A stretch of DNA of 64,000 bases from Macrostomum lignano (GCA_002269645.1 NIVC01002511.1:62001-126000), one strand, 5' to 3'; shown: positions 24,687-39,289, numbered from the stretch's first letter. Notes: generated by a model not told the origin, from the sequence alone. Program-made: numbers and translations.

Positions 24687-27600
24687 CTATGGCATATAGC
24701 CGCTCTCAGGGCTAGGGGTGCAGCTGTTCAGCATTGGCGGCCCAACTGAAGCTGCAGAGCTGCATCGCTCTCGATGCTGCTGAGGCTTGAGTTCGGCTTC
24801 ATCAGCTTCCTCAGCAGCAGCAGCTTCATCGTGGCCTCCTCGCTCATTGGCATCCTCATCGGAATCGCTCGCTTCGACTTGCTGTGGCTGTTCAACTCCG
24901 CCAGTCGAGGAGCTGCAGCCGCCGACGCCGCCGCCCGGGACGCTGTTGTTGAACAGCTCGCGTTCCTTGGAGTTTCGCCATTTCATTCGACGATTTTGAA
25001 ACCAGATTTTCACCTGCGGCGATGTGTGAAGTGGATTAATTACTGAGAATTGTCATGGCTTGTTCGGGCGGGCAGAGTAGCCAAGTGGTAAACGCGTCAG
25101 ACTCTCGCCTCAACAGTCCCCGGGTTCGAATCCGTGCGGGCGACGAGAAAGTCAGGGCTGCTGTACACCCTGTGGGAGCGGGTGCCCATAGGTTCAGGGC
25201 TGCTGTACACCCTGTGGGAGCGGGTGCCCATAGGTTCAGGGCTGCTGTACACCCTGTGGGAGCGGGTGCCCATAGGTTCAGGGCTGCTGTACACCCTGTG
25301 GGAGCGGGTGCCCATAGGTTCAGGGCTGCTGTACACCCTGTGGGAGCGGGTGCCCATAGGTTCAGGGCTGCTGTACACCCTGTGGGAGCGGGTGCCCATA
25401 CGTACAGGGATCAGCGAAACTCCCGACCGACCTTCGTATTGATTCGCGGCACCGTCCAAAAGACTCGACTACCAACTAATTAAGAATCCTCTGTAGATTT
25501 GCAATTACCGATATGTATCGAAAGTTAAATTTGTAAGGGACACAAAATCAAAACGATCGTGACAAAAAATTGTTTCCCGATGGGAATTCGAGTGGTGAGA
25601 GAAGGGAGACAAATGGGAAGGTGGAAAAAACTGCTCCACTATTCGAGCTGGAAAATGACTCGTAATATTCAAATCTCGTTTTTATCGACCTAGGAAAAAA
25701 CTCAGAGAGCGAGTCTATTTGGCGTTGTCAAGCGGAAAGGGAATGGCATGAATATTTGAGCGAAGTCGCTTCAGCCATGGTTGAGTTTTGACGTCAGTTT
25801 AGGATTAATCTCATGACTGGCCAATTTATTCAATTCCCCCAAGACTTGGAACTAGAAAAAGGGATATTTCGCCTCAAACCTGTTGGACTAAATTTTTTTA
25901 TTGACCTCGGGATGCAAATGAGAGCCTCGGCTCGCAGACCCATCTGGCGATGATGGCTCCCTGGGGTGCTGGCAGGCTGAGATGACCAATATGTGGCTTT
26001 TGTCCCCATAAATAAAGAGACGCCTCAATAAAGATTGAGTGGCTCATGTGCGACCAGCGCTTGCTTTATGCAGCTCATTGTTTGAAATATTTATAAGGCT
26101 GTTCCTATTTTACCACACAGAAATCATCATCAACTATGCCTAATATAATTTCATATTCACATCCTAATGATCTGACGAAATGTGTCGAGCTATAGGGGGG
26201 GGGGCTATATAAATTTAGATTCGTCAGCATCTTTCAAGACAATTTGGTCAGCGCTACAAGTTAAGCCGAGCTGGTCGTGGTTAGTTAGTTACAAAGAGAC
26301 ACAAAGCTCTCACCAAGAGACAGGGGCACCCACCAAGGAACAGGGGCGCCCACCAAGAGACAGAAAGCGCTCACCAAGAGACAGTGGGCGCCCACCAAGA
26401 GACAGGGGCACCCACCAAGGAACAGGGGCGCCCACCAAGAGACAGAAAGCGCTCACCAAGAGACAGTGGGCGCCCACCAAGAGACAGGGGCGCCCACCAA
26501 GAGACAGGGGCGCCCACCAAGAGACAGAGGGCGCCACCCAACAGAAAAGGGCGCCCACCAAGAGACAGGGGGCGCCCACCAAGAGACAGGGGGCGCCCAC
26601 CAAGGGACAGGGGCGCCCAACAAGAGACAGGGAGCGCCCACCAAGGGACAGGGGCGCCCAACAAGAGACAGGGGGCGCCCACCAAGGGACAGGGGCGCCC
26701 AACAAGAGACAGGGGGCGCCCACCAAGAGACAGGGGCGCCCACCAAGAGACAGGGGGCGCCGACCAAGAGACAGGGGCGCCCACCAAGACACAGGGGGCG
26801 CCCACCAAGGGACAGGGGGCGCCCACCAAGGGACAGGGGCGCCCACCAAGAGACAGGGAGCGCCCACCAAGAGACGGGGCGCCCACCAAGAGACAGGGAG
26901 CGCCCACCAAGAGACGGGGGCGCCCACCAAGAGACAGGAGCGCCCACCAAGAGACGGGGGCGCCCACCAAGAGACAGAGGGCGCCACCCAACAGACAGGG
27001 GTGCCCACCAAGAGACAGGGGCGCCAAACCAAGAGACAGGGGCGCCCACCAAGGGACAGGGGCGCCCACCAAGAGACAGAGGCGCCACCCAAAAGACAGG
27101 GGCGCCCACCAAGAGACTGGGGCGCCCACCAAGAGACGGGGGCGCCCACCAAGAGACGGGGGCGCCCACCAAGAGACGGGGGGCGCCCACCAAGAGACGG
27201 GGGCGCCTAACAAGAGACAGGGGCGCCCACCAAGAGACGGGGGCGCCCACCAAGAGACAGGCGCGCCCACTAAGAGACAGGGGCGCCCAACCAAGAGACG
27301 GGGGGCGCCCACCAAGAGACAGGCGCGCCCACTAAGAGACAGGGGCGCCCAACCAAGAGACGGAGGGCGCCCACTAAGAGACAGGGGCGCCCAACCAAGA
27401 GACAGGGGCGCCCACTAAGAGACAGGCGCACCCAACCAAGAGACAGGGGCGCCCACTAAGAGACAGGCGCGCCCAATCAAGAGACGGGGGGGCGCCCACC
27501 AAGAGACAAGGGCGCCACCCAAGACGCCCTAAGGTTTGCGGCCCCCTTCAAAAAAAATTCCTCGCACGCCTCTGTGTCAAACCTCAGTGTACAGCCGCTG

Positions 27601-30531
27601 CGAAAGCTCTCAGCTCCAGCAGTTCAGCCCTCGTGCTGCTGTGAATTTGGTTCTACGACAATTGCCAGTCAGAATTACAGGCTGCAACACCTGACGTCAC
27701 TCACCTGCGAATCCTTGAGGCCGAGTTTATCGGCCAGTCGCTTTCTGTCCGGTTTGCTGATGTACTTTTGCCGCTGGAACACCTTCTCGAGGCCGCGCCT
27801 CTGGCAGTCGCTGAACACGGCCCGTCGGAGCATTCCCCGACGTGGCTTGCCGCGGAACGCAGCCACGGAAGCGAAGGCGGCGGCTGCGGCGGCTGCGGAA
27901 CCCGGCGGATACTGCGGATGATGCTGGTGATGCTGGTGATGAAGCATAAAGTCCAGGTGGTGCAGCGGGCCTGGTAGCAGGAGGCTGCCAAGCATCAGCT
28001 GCTGATGCTGGCTGGGCAGGTAGCTGGCTGCTGCTGCTGCGGCGGCCGCGGCCGCTGCCGCCGATGCAGCCGAAACTGTAGGGCCCGCCGCTGACGGTTG
28101 ATGAGGCAGAGAGGCTGCAAGGAAGCGTGCAGGTGTTGGGTTTGGTGAAAGCAGTGTTGAGAATTAAAAATTATTTCAAGCAGAGATTTGAGCCTGTAAG
28201 TTAGTCTGTAAATCTGTAAGTCTGTAAATCTGTAAGTCTGTAAATCTGTAAGTCTGTAAATCTGTAAGTCTGTAAATCTGTAAGTCTGTAAATCTGTAAG
28301 TCTGTAAATCTGTAAGTCTGTAAATCTGTAAGTCTGTAAATCTGTAAGTCTGTAAATCTGTAAGTCTGTAAATCTGTAAGTCTGTAAATCTGTAAGTCTG
28401 TAAATCTGTAAGTCTGTAAATCTGAAAATCTTTAAATCTTTAAATACTGTAAATCAGTAATCCTGTAATCTGTAATCCAGTAATCTGTAGTCCTGTAATC
28501 TGCAATCCTGTAATCTGTAGTCCTGTAATCTGCAATCCTGTAATCTGTAATCCAGTAATCTCTAGTCCTGCAATCTGCAATCCTGTAATCTGTAGTCCTG
28601 TAATCTGTAATCCTGTAATCTGTAATCCAGTAATCTCTAGTCCTGCAATCTGCAATCCTGTAATCTGTAATTCTGTAATATGTAATCCTGTAAGACAAAT
28701 ATGAAACTACAATAAATAGTTAAGCCTAAATATGTTTAAGTTAATAACTTATGCTCATAAATTAGCTGTTTAGGTTAATTAAGTTCGTGAGAAATTAAGC
28801 TTTATATAGTATATTTCTCTGTAACCTCTGCTGCGATGGGTCTCGGGCCATTTTAACACTTCTTATCTTACAGTGGGTTGGAAGCTCAGCCCTCAACTGC
28901 GAGTAAGTATCTCATTAAATTGTGCATTTGGATTTAATTGTACCACTTATTAACTCACCGTGCAATGCTGCTGCATGGGCCCACCTCAGAGGGATGCCCC
29001 CCCGCAGCTTGGCCACTTTATAGCCAGTCTTTATCTTATCTAATCAGCAAGCGTAATTATTGTCACGCTGGGCGAACCCATTACCTGTAAATAGCTGCTT
29101 TTCGTTACTTAGGCCTTGATAGTCTCAGGTCTATGGGCGGCGTTCAAAGTATAGAGCAACTTCCCAATGCCCCCATGACCCCTCGTTTTGATTGAGAAGG
29201 ACAGCTGACCCCTCTGCGTGCTTATGTCAGACCTGATTTGTGCTTATGTCAGACCTAATATGTGTTTATGTCAGACCTGATGTGTGCTTATGTCAGACCT
29301 AATATGTGTTTATGTCAGACCTGATGTGTGCTTATGTCAGACCTAATATGTGCTTATGTCAGACCTGATGCCTGCTTATGTCAGACCTGATGCGTGCTTA
29401 TGTCAGACCTAATGCGTGCTTATATCAGACCTAATGCGTGCTTATGTCAGACCTGATGTGTGCTTATGTCAGACCTAATATGTGCTTATGTCAGACATGA
29501 TGCCTGCTTATGTCAGACCTAATGCGTGCTTATGTGTGCTTATGTCAGACCTGATGCGCAGTCAGCGAACCAATGCGAATTTATCCTGGCTTTGAACAAC
29601 AAGTTAATGAGCCTATGTATACAGCATATATATATATATATATATATATTCTTGTTAATCATAACATCGCAATCTCGTCATCTTGACACTCGATTTTGAG
29701 CTTCAAAATCTAATTATTTCCCTATATTCTATTGTATGGCTCGCTAAACTCAGTTATTGAGTGTCTGGCTATCTTATAAATTTTAACAAAAACTGTGAAA
29801 ATTCAAGTGCCTGCAGGCCTTGTGTTGCTCTCAAGATTCTCTAAGAGAAGAATGAATGAGATACAGTTAGAGAATATATAGGTGTAGGTGGTGGCGCACT
29901 GCGATCTTGAGACTTAAGAGGCCAATTAGTAGAGAGTCGAGTCGAGTTATGAGTATGTGAGCACACACACACACATGACTCATACTTGTATATTTAACGT
30001 GATGCAGCAATAGTTCCGAATTAAATGACATGAATCAGACGTAACAAGTATATACAGGGCCTGTTAGACTAATTAGTAGCATAAGTATGCATAAGCATAG
30101 AATAGTCTTCGTTCTGGAATCCCTCAACAATAGCTATTTTAATAACTATACAGCTACAACTGATATGCTTGCTCTTCTGAGCTTGCTCTTCTCTTCTTCG
30201 TTCGCGAGCCTCAAGTGGTTAAAAACATTCAAGATTTTGTTGTTCAACTATAGAGATAGCATAATATAGTGTGTGCTCAGGCATCCCAAGTGTCTTGAGT
30301 CAATCTTGACTCTCTCAAGTGCCAAGGAATTTGAGGAAAAGACTAAAAATATGTTTTTAATCAAGCGAGAATCTTTCTCCAGAAAAATCACTGCATTTTC
30401 AGACAGATGTACTCGTAACATTGACTGCGTGAAATTTAAACGCGCTCACCGTTAATATTAGCAGGTAGATACGGCGCAGTTGCTGGGCAATAAAACTGCG
30501 ATTGTAACCGCTGTTCCTGCAGTTGTTGTTG

Positions 30532-30576
<45 letters not shown>

Positions 30577-32352
30577 AGCTGCTACTGATGAAGCTTCTAG
30601 CAGACGGTAATCAATGAGTCCAGCAGAAGCGAGAGAATGCAGTGAGGGTGCAGCAGAAGCAGCTGCACGATGCTGCTGATGAAGCACCGCTGATTCTGCA
30701 AGCGAATTAGATGAAACTGGAGACGCCTCTGATGATGCTGTGGTTGCCACGGGCAACGAATCCGACTTGGTGAACTGCCGGTGCAGCTGACTGGGTGCTT
30801 CTGCTATCGTGTGTAGAATTGGGGTGTGATTCTTGGGATTCATTGTGCATAGCTATATGGATATTGAGATGGAGATAGAGAGGGAGAGGGAGATGGAGAT
30901 GGAGATAGAGATGGAGAAGGAAATAGAGATGGAGATAGAGAGGGAGAGGGAGATGGAGATGGGGATTGAGATTGAGAGGGAGATAGAGAAGGAGATAGAG
31001 ATGGAGATAGAGATGGAGATGGAAATGGAGATGGAGATGGAGATGGAGATAGGGATTGAGATTAAGAGGGAGATAGAGAAGGAGATGGAGATGGAGATGG
31101 AGATGGAGATAGAGATGGAGATAGAGATGGAGAAGGAGATAGAGATGGAGATAGAGATGGAGATGGAGATGGAGATGGAGATGGAAATGGATATGGAGAG
31201 GGAGAGGGAGAGGGAGAGGGAGATGGAGATGGAGATAGAGATGGAGAGGGGAAGGGAGAGGGAGATGGAGATAGAGAAAGGGAGGGAGATGGAGATGGAG
31301 ATGGAGATAGAGAGGGAGATGGAGATGGAAATGGAGATGGAGGGGGAGATAGAGATGGAGATGGAGATGGAGATAGAGCGGGGGGGAGAGGGAGATGGAG
31401 ATAGAGAAGGAGATGGAGATAGAGATAGAGAGGGAGAGGGAGATGGAGAGGGGGAGGGAGAGGGAGATGGAGATAGAGAAGGAGATGGAGATGGAGAGGG
31501 AGAGGGAGAGGGAGATGGAGATAGAGAAGGAGATGGAGATGGAGATGGAGATAGAGAAGGAGATGGAGATGGAGATGGAAATGGATATGGAGAGGGAGAG
31601 GGAGAGGGAGAGGGAGATGGAGATGGAGATAGAGATGGAGAGGGGAAGGGAGAGGGAGATGGAGATAGAGAAAGGGAGGGAGATGGAGATGGAGATGGAG
31701 ATAGAGAGGGAGATGGAGATGGAAATGGAGATGGAGGGGGAGATAGAGATGGAGAGGGAGATGGAGATAGAGAAGGAGATGGAGATAGAGATAGAGAGGG
31801 AGAGGGAGATGGAGAGGGGGAGGGAGAGGGAGATGGAGATAGAGAAGGAGATGGAGATGGAGATGGAGAGGGAGATGGAGAGGGAGATGGAGAGGGAGAT
31901 GGAGATGGAGAGGGAGATGGAGATGGAGAGGGAGATGGAGATGGAGAGGGAGATGGAGATGGAGATGGAGATGGAGATGGAGAGGGAGAGGGAGAGGGAG
32001 ATGGAGATAGAGAAGGAGATGGAGATGGAGATGGAGAGGGAGATGGAGAGGGAGATGGAGAGGGAGATGGAGAGGGAGATGGAGATGGGTAAAAGTGTAA
32101 AGCATTTTATGAAGAGAGCAGGCAGAGAGTCAAAATGAAGAGACAAATGAGGTGAAAATAGAGATGAGAACAAACATGAGCACTAAAATAAAGCAAAAGA
32201 GAATTGATCTGATAAAAGGCCAGACTCTAACCTTGCTTGATATCGTCCGAATCGTTGCAGCCCAAGATTGCGGACATGCCAAATTTCAATTTAGGCTGCT
32301 GCTGATGCTGCTGCGGCGGTTTTGCAGCCTTGAACTGCCGGAATCCGTCCAT
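24687..32352 (-). CDS. Dbx: Dbx (developing brain homeobox) transcription factor, ~402 aa, 4 exons
   Basis: Exons 32352-32232, 30800-30450, 28114-27705, 25013-24687, with consistent phases (1209 nt). The homeodomain [46 protein letters not shown]|[19 protein letters not shown] is Dbx-diagnostic. An N-terminal eh1-like motif [10 protein letters not shown] is present. Confidence 0.92.
25066..25520 (+). mobile_element. tRNA-derived SINE with internal 42-bp tandem expansion (6 copies), in Dbx intron 3
   Basis: A box GTAGCCAAGTGGTAA and B box GGGTTCGAATCC, followed by (CAGGGCTGCTGTACACCCTGTGGGAGCGGGTGCCCATAGGTT)x6 and a unique tail. The 3' end is uncertain. Confidence 0.7.
26305..27525. repeat. 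GC-rich ~24-bp minisatellite (GGGGCGCCCACCAAGAGACA)n
   Basis: About 50 degenerate copies; source of the GAHQET and APTKRQG ORFs. Confidence 0.95.
28195..28695. repeat. 16-bp (TCTGTAAATCTGTAAG)n grading into (CCTGTAATCTGTAAT)n
   Basis: Tandem array in Dbx intron 2. Confidence 0.92.
29218..29560. repeat. 22-bp minisatellite (GTGCTTATGTCAGACCTGAT..)n
   Basis: About 15 copies. Confidence 0.92.
30855..32090. repeat. (GGAGAT/GGAGAG)n hexamer array in Dbx intron 1
   Basis: Source of the EMEMEI and LHLHL ORFs. Confidence 0.95.
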
Positions 32353-32518
32353 TGCAAATCTAAACAAGGAGTAAATTAATTGAGAAAACGGTTTTAACCA
32401 AAGCAGAGAAACAGCTTCCCCGCGCCGCGCCGTATTAAATAAAAGCATTCAGCGGACAGAAGAAAGGCTGTAAGATTATCGAAAAGCTCTCATTCGTCCA
32501 GTGGAGTTCAGCGGAGAT

Positions 32519-32532
32519 CTCTGATTGGCTGC
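32519..32532 (-). promoter_or_regulatory. candidate CCAAT (NF-Y) box upstream of Dbx
   Basis: GGCAGCCAATCAGAG on the - strand about 170 bp upstream of the ATG; motif match only. Confidence 0.35.
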
Positions 32533-33004
32533 CTACTTTCCGGGTTTTTTCTTCATGGCTCCGCAAAGGGGGTGGGTGTGTGGCGGCGGCTGGGCAAGGC
32601 GAGAATGTCGTGGAGAACTCAACTGGGGCATGGAATACTATAGCTAGAATCTGGAGCGGAGGAAACTTTAGATTCCATAAGTAATCAACTTGTGAAATTG
32701 CACAGTTGATTGAATTAAACTATTAAACAGTATACATTGATCAACTACGTAACTATGGTATCTATCACTGGCACCATCGTGCAGACTTCTTTGCAACAGA
32801 TTAAAAATATTATGAAAAAAATTGCTTACTAATAAATTCATAGTTTTCGGAGTTATCAAATTACGCCGCAAATTGTAAACAGCTACAATTATAGTGAGGT
32901 AAAAAGTTTCCATTTTCAGTATAACGATTTCCAGGAAATGCCAATGTTTTTATAGTAATAATGTCATGTAGTTTGGTTGTGACTCTCTTGTCAAACTCCT
33001 GCAG

Positions 33005-33630
33005 CAGAGGCGCCAAAAGGTTTCAACAGCGCCAGATATGGTTTTGGTAGCGCCAAAAATGGCTTTGGAGTGGCGCCAAAGATGGCTTCGGAGTGGCGCC
33101 AAAACAAAGAGTCAATGGCATCACAAAAAGAGTCAGTGACGCTAAAACATAGAGTCAGTGGTGCCAAAACAAAGAGTCAGTAGCATCAAAACAAAGAATC
33201 AGTAGCGTCAAAACAAAGAGTCAGTGGCGTCACAACAAAGAGTCAGTAGCGTCAAAACAAAGAGTCAGTAGCATCAAAACAAAGAGTCAGTAGTGCCAAA
33301 ACAAATATTCAGTGGCGCCAAAACAAAGAGTAAGTAGCATCAAAACAAAGAGTCAGTAGTGCCAAAACAAATATTCAGTGGCGCCAAAACAAAGAGTCAG
33401 TAGCGTCAAAACAAAGAGTCAGTGACGCCAAAACAAAGAGTCAGTAGCATCAAAACAAAGAGTCAGTAGTGCCAAAACAAATATTCAGTGGCGCCAAAAC
33501 AAAGAGTCAGTATAGCATCAAAACAAAGAGTCAGTAGTGCCAAAACAAATATTCAGTGGCGCCAAAACAGAGTCAATGGCGCCACAACAAAGAGTCAGCA
33601 TAGTGTCAACACAGTCAGTGGCGCCCCCCT
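33005..33630. repeat. 22-bp minisatellite (CAAAACAAAGAGTCAGTGGCGC)n
   Basis: Tandem degenerate array. Confidence 0.9.
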
Positions 33631-34509
33631 TCCCTAGCTTCAGTGTTGGCGCGCTTGCATAGCCCAGGAGTCAGCTAAATGGGTAGAATTGCCTCAACCT
33701 GCACTGGGGTGCCTCTTGCAATTGTTATTATGCTGTGCCCTGTTAACACTGCGGAAATGTACACCTGTGTTACATCCGTTCAGATGCATGCATGAACCGA
33801 TTGCAGGACCAATGCGCAGATGAAGCATTTCTGCATCGCATGCAGATGGGTATCAGATTTCTCCTCAACTCAATCGCTTGGAACTGATGCTCTGGCTATG
33901 CTACAATTATTATTATTGTTATTATTATTATTATTATTGGCACTGAATTCATATGAAACCTATACGGCGGATTTACTCAATAGAGCCTACATATACAAGA
34001 CTGTGTTTCACACAGAAGACATATACAATTCACTTTGTGGCATGTGATATCCGAAATTGAGGACTTCTGCAGTGGCTGCAATGGATGTGTGTAAGTTAAA
34101 AACACACAAAACACACACACAAGGCCATGCACTGCCTGCCTGCCTTATAAAAGACGAGGGGGGGTTTAAGGTTACAACTGGAGCCATCTAATTGCAGCAA
34201 TAATTTCATAGCATAATTTTTTTGCTACAAAATCTCTGTCAACTTCCTAATGCGCTTGATTTGAGAGATCTGCAGCAGATCTCATGCCGCCACCGAACTG
34301 TATAGAAAGCTTATACATCATCATTTACGAATGGAATTCTTGTTTATTTAATAAATATGCAACATATCGAGGCTGTTCATTAACGGAAAGAAGAGCGGTT
34401 GATATTTGGCACTAATTTGAGACAAAGATTCTGCATGACTTCATGTAGACTGCTTCTTGAGTGATATGTGCTTTTTAGAATGCATTTTGTACTGTGACGA
34501 GACTATAGG

Positions 34510-35035
34510 GAGGGGTAAAAGAGGGTTAAAGAGAGTGGGAGAGGGTAAGAGAGGGTGGAGAGCTAGGATAAGAGAGGGTGGGAGAGTGTGGGAGAGGGTA
34601 AGAGAGGGTAAGAGAGGGTGAGAGAGGGTGGGAAAGTGTAAGAGAGGGTTTGAGAGGGTAGGAAAGGGTAAGAGAGGGTGGGAGTGGGTAAGAGAGGGTG
34701 GGAGAGGGTAAGAGAGGGTGGGAGTGGGTAAGAGAGGGTGGGAAAGGGTAAGAGTGGGTAAGAGAGGGTGGGAGTGGGTAAGAGAGGGTGGGAGTGGGTA
34801 AGAGAGGGTGGGAGTGGGTAAGAGAGGGTGGGAGTGGGTAAGAGAGGGTGGGAGTGGGTAAGAGAGGGTGGGAGTGGGTAAGAGAGGGTGGGAGTGGGTA
34901 ATAGAGGGTGGGAGTGGGTAAGAGAGGGTGGGAGTGGGTAAGAGAGGGTGGGAGTGGGTAAGAGAGGGTGGGAGTGGGTAAGAGAGGGTGGGAGTGGGTA
35001 AGAGAGGGTGGGAGTGGGTAAGAGAGTGTAAGAGA
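34510..35035. repeat. 20-bp minisatellite (GGGTAAGAGAGGGTGGGAGT)n
   Basis: Tandem array. Confidence 0.93.
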
Positions 35036-35984
35036 GAGTTTGTTTTCAAATTTTCATGCCAAGTCGGTGCCGTATGCATGCAGCATCATCTCATAATGGC
35101 TCCCAATGCCTCATCAATCAGATCCAGAATCGCAATCCGACGGGGAGCAGAGAACACAATCAGAGAAGGGTAAAAATGTAAATGTATTCTTCCCAACTCC
35201 AACAGATCCAGATTACAGGGTATAAGCGACGCCTCCTGCCGATCTCCCATTTGCGGGATAATCCCGCTCATATGCTCGGTCAATCAGCTGGATGACCCCT
35301 CCCCCCTGGTAGAATCATTCTCACACTATCCACAGGGAATAACGGCGCCAGATTAACTTCGAGCGTGCATTGGGGGATCGCTGATAGGGGATAATCTTCC
35401 CCTTTAGCTCTCATTCCTCCATAGGGGCCACTTAAAAGCGGATAAACTCCCCAAATCTGCGACACGAGGCCGGGAAGAGCCAAGATCTCTCAAATCTCCC
35501 CAAATATAGAATGGGATATTAATCCCTTCGATATTTGCTTCGTTCCAGTCGAAAAAAGCCAAGATATGTTTTTGTCTGACCAGAGTTATCGGTGACAAAA
35601 AGCCAATTTTGTGAACAAATATTTCTCTTTCTATATGACTCTCTCTGTGTAGACTGTAGAATATCTTACTAATATATATCATATAATAATATAGGTCGCT
35701 GACATCAAAGGCAGGCGGCACAGACACACAGGCTTAGCAAGGCAAACGAACAAATTAGGAGACCATGGAGAATTTATTTGTTTTTGAGCTTAATAAACGC
35801 CTCCCCTTCTAAGAGCTCGACTTGGTGCCGAGCTTCAATAAACAGCGTTGGACCTAGGCAGCTCAGGGCCGGCTGCTGAGCATGGACCGCTGCAACAGAC
35901 AATATGGACTGCGGGCTTGAAACCGAGACAGAATGCTAGTACGTTAGAAACTGTAAAATAGATACTCTTAGATAGTTACATGTA

Positions 35985-36555
<571 letters not shown>

Positions 36556-37222
36556 CTGGTTGTTACAAATATAAATTCTATTTTGTCGTCTTTATCAATG
36601 TAAACAATTTTTGTTAATTAAAATCCGCTCATGGAATGCTTCTCTTAAGTGTCCACGTCCTTTAGTGCGACACTTAGTGGTCTGTTGAGTTTGAGAAATC
36701 TTGCTTCGCTTTCCAATCCAAGTGTCCCCTAGGGGTCTTTGGTAGTAGTCTCACATCAATAGCTCTTAGCCAGTCTATGAGGCTAATAATATGCACTACT
36801 CGTATATAGACCACAAGCATTAAACTGTTTGACAGCTCGTTCGAGCACAGCATTCATAGGTGCCGAATATGATAGCCTGGCCCGGCTGTGTGCACTGCGG
36901 CGTCCTTTGATAATGGATTCTCTCTTAAATCGCTTTGACAGCAGATCGAGGAGCCGGGGGTGCCAAAAGAAAACAAGTTAAATAAAAAGAGAACAGGAAA
37001 TTTCTTTCAATAGAAAAGCAGCGAGTGTCATCATCGCATATTTTTTTAATTACTGCCAGGTGCCAGGTGCTATACGATGCTGCAAGATGGCTGTTTAACT
37101 GACTATGCAAGTTTGAGTAGACCCTGTGGCTTACGGGCTTTGAGTTAAGCTGACGCTGGACATTATGCTTGATAGAAAAGAATGCTTTTGCGTTAGAAAC
37201 TGTAAAGGCAGATATATACCAG

Positions 37223-37223
<1 letters not shown>

Positions 37224-37312
<89 letters not shown>

Positions 37313-37360
37313 TAGATAGATAGATAGGTAGATAGGTAGATAGATAGATAGATAGATAGG

Positions 37361-37415
<55 letters not shown>

Positions 37416-37416
37416 G

Positions 37417-37451
<35 letters not shown>

Positions 37452-37480
37452 GTAGATAGATAGATAGATAGATAGATAGG

Positions 37481-37534
<54 letters not shown>

Positions 37535-37558
37535 TAGATAGATAGATAGGTAGATAGG

Positions 37559-37593
<35 letters not shown>

Positions 37594-37594
37594 G

Positions 37595-37625
<31 letters not shown>

Positions 37626-37626
37626 G

Positions 37627-37677
<51 letters not shown>

Positions 37678-37678
37678 G

Positions 37679-37717
<39 letters not shown>

Positions 37718-37786
37718 GTAGATAGATAGATAGATAGATAGATAGGTAGATAGATAGGTAGATAGATAGATAGATAGATAGATAGG

Positions 37787-37837
<51 letters not shown>

Positions 37838-37838
37838 G

Positions 37839-37916
<78 letters not shown>

Positions 37917-37940
37917 TAGATAGATAGATAGGTAGATAGG

Positions 37941-37983
<43 letters not shown>

Positions 37984-38012
37984 GTAGGTAGATAGATAGA
38001 TAGATAGATAGG

Positions 38013-38046
<34 letters not shown>

Positions 38047-38116
38047 TATAGATAGATAGATAGATAGATAGGTAGATACATAGATAGATAGATAGATAGG
38101 TAGATAGATAGATAGG

Positions 38117-38155
<39 letters not shown>

Positions 38156-38184
38156 GTAGATAGATAGATAAATAGATAGATAGG

Positions 38185-38227
<43 letters not shown>

Positions 38228-38228
38228 G

Positions 38229-38263
<35 letters not shown>

Positions 38264-38284
38264 GTAGATAGATAGATAGATAGG

Positions 38285-38315
<31 letters not shown>

Positions 38316-38316
38316 G

Positions 38317-38347
<31 letters not shown>

Positions 38348-38367
38348 GTAGATAGATAGATAGATAT

Positions 38368-38426
<59 letters not shown>

Positions 38427-38448
38427 TATATATAGACAGATAGATAGG

Positions 38449-38479
<31 letters not shown>

Positions 38480-38603
38480 ATAGATATATAGATAGATAGA
38501 TAGATAGGTAGATAGATAAGTAGATAGATAGATAGGTAGATAGATAGGTAGATAGATAGATAGGTAGATAGATAGATAGATAGATAGGTAGATAGATAGA
38601 TAT

Positions 38604-38635
<32 letters not shown>

Positions 38636-38680
38636 GTAGATAGATAGATATATAGATAGATAGATAGATAGATGTAGATA
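37224..38680. repeat. (GATA)n microsatellite, array 2 (~1.45 kb)
   Basis: GGTA variants; source of the YLSI ORFs. Confidence 0.97.
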
Positions 38681-39289
38681 GGCATCCATTAAAAAGACAG
38701 ATAAATAGAGACACACAGACAGACATTAACAAGATAGATAAACAAATGCAAGAAACAGACGGTTGGACAAACGCAACAGGTAATAACTGCACGCATGTTT
38801 CACTGTGAGCACACTGACTCACCTGACAATTACATCTTTAATGCTGCTACACAGTCCTGAAGCGACAGTCGTTTAACAAACACTCCACCCTACCCTACAA
38901 TAAGCTACAGAACAGTGTAAAACAGAAAGCCTATCAGCTGTCAATCAAGTGCTCGGGATTGAACTCTCGCTTTTTCTCACCGCGATGAGCCAGCATTTAA
39001 TTAGAATTTTTACTCCAGCCCGCCAACATCGCTAAGCATGCGATGCGCATTTACCATTTTTATAGTAGAGACACGTACAATTAAATAAGAGTGGCGTCAG
39101 CAGGAAAGCAATCGAGCTGAAGCAGCTGAAAGATAGCAGCGACTCAGCGCAAAACTGCAGTGGTTTGCCTGTGCTAAAGCACTACAACTTGATGCTCAAT
39201 TCTAATGAACGCAGTGCTAATACTGAAAAGAATCACTACTGCCTTTGGCGAGACAAAAGCGGGAATCTGGAGGAGGCCGAGGCTCAGCA

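Noticed and set aside
25066-25145. Functional tRNA gene
   Set aside because: A and B boxes are present, but no convincing acceptor/anticodon stems or oligo-T terminator; treated as a SINE head.
26182-27418. 300+ aa ORFs in several frames (GAHQET, APTKRQG)
   Set aside because: Stop-free GC-rich minisatellite open on both strands.
30707-32173. EMEMEI / GDGEG / LHLHL ORFs
   Set aside because: Hexamer microsatellite in Dbx intron 1.
35050-35520. Possible LINE endonuclease remnant (GGGVIQLI, SAGGVAY on the - strand)
   Set aside because: Only short motif-like matches between stops, with no RT or other support.
36925-38822. 500-590 aa YLSI ORFs
   Set aside because: Translated (TATC)n microsatellite.
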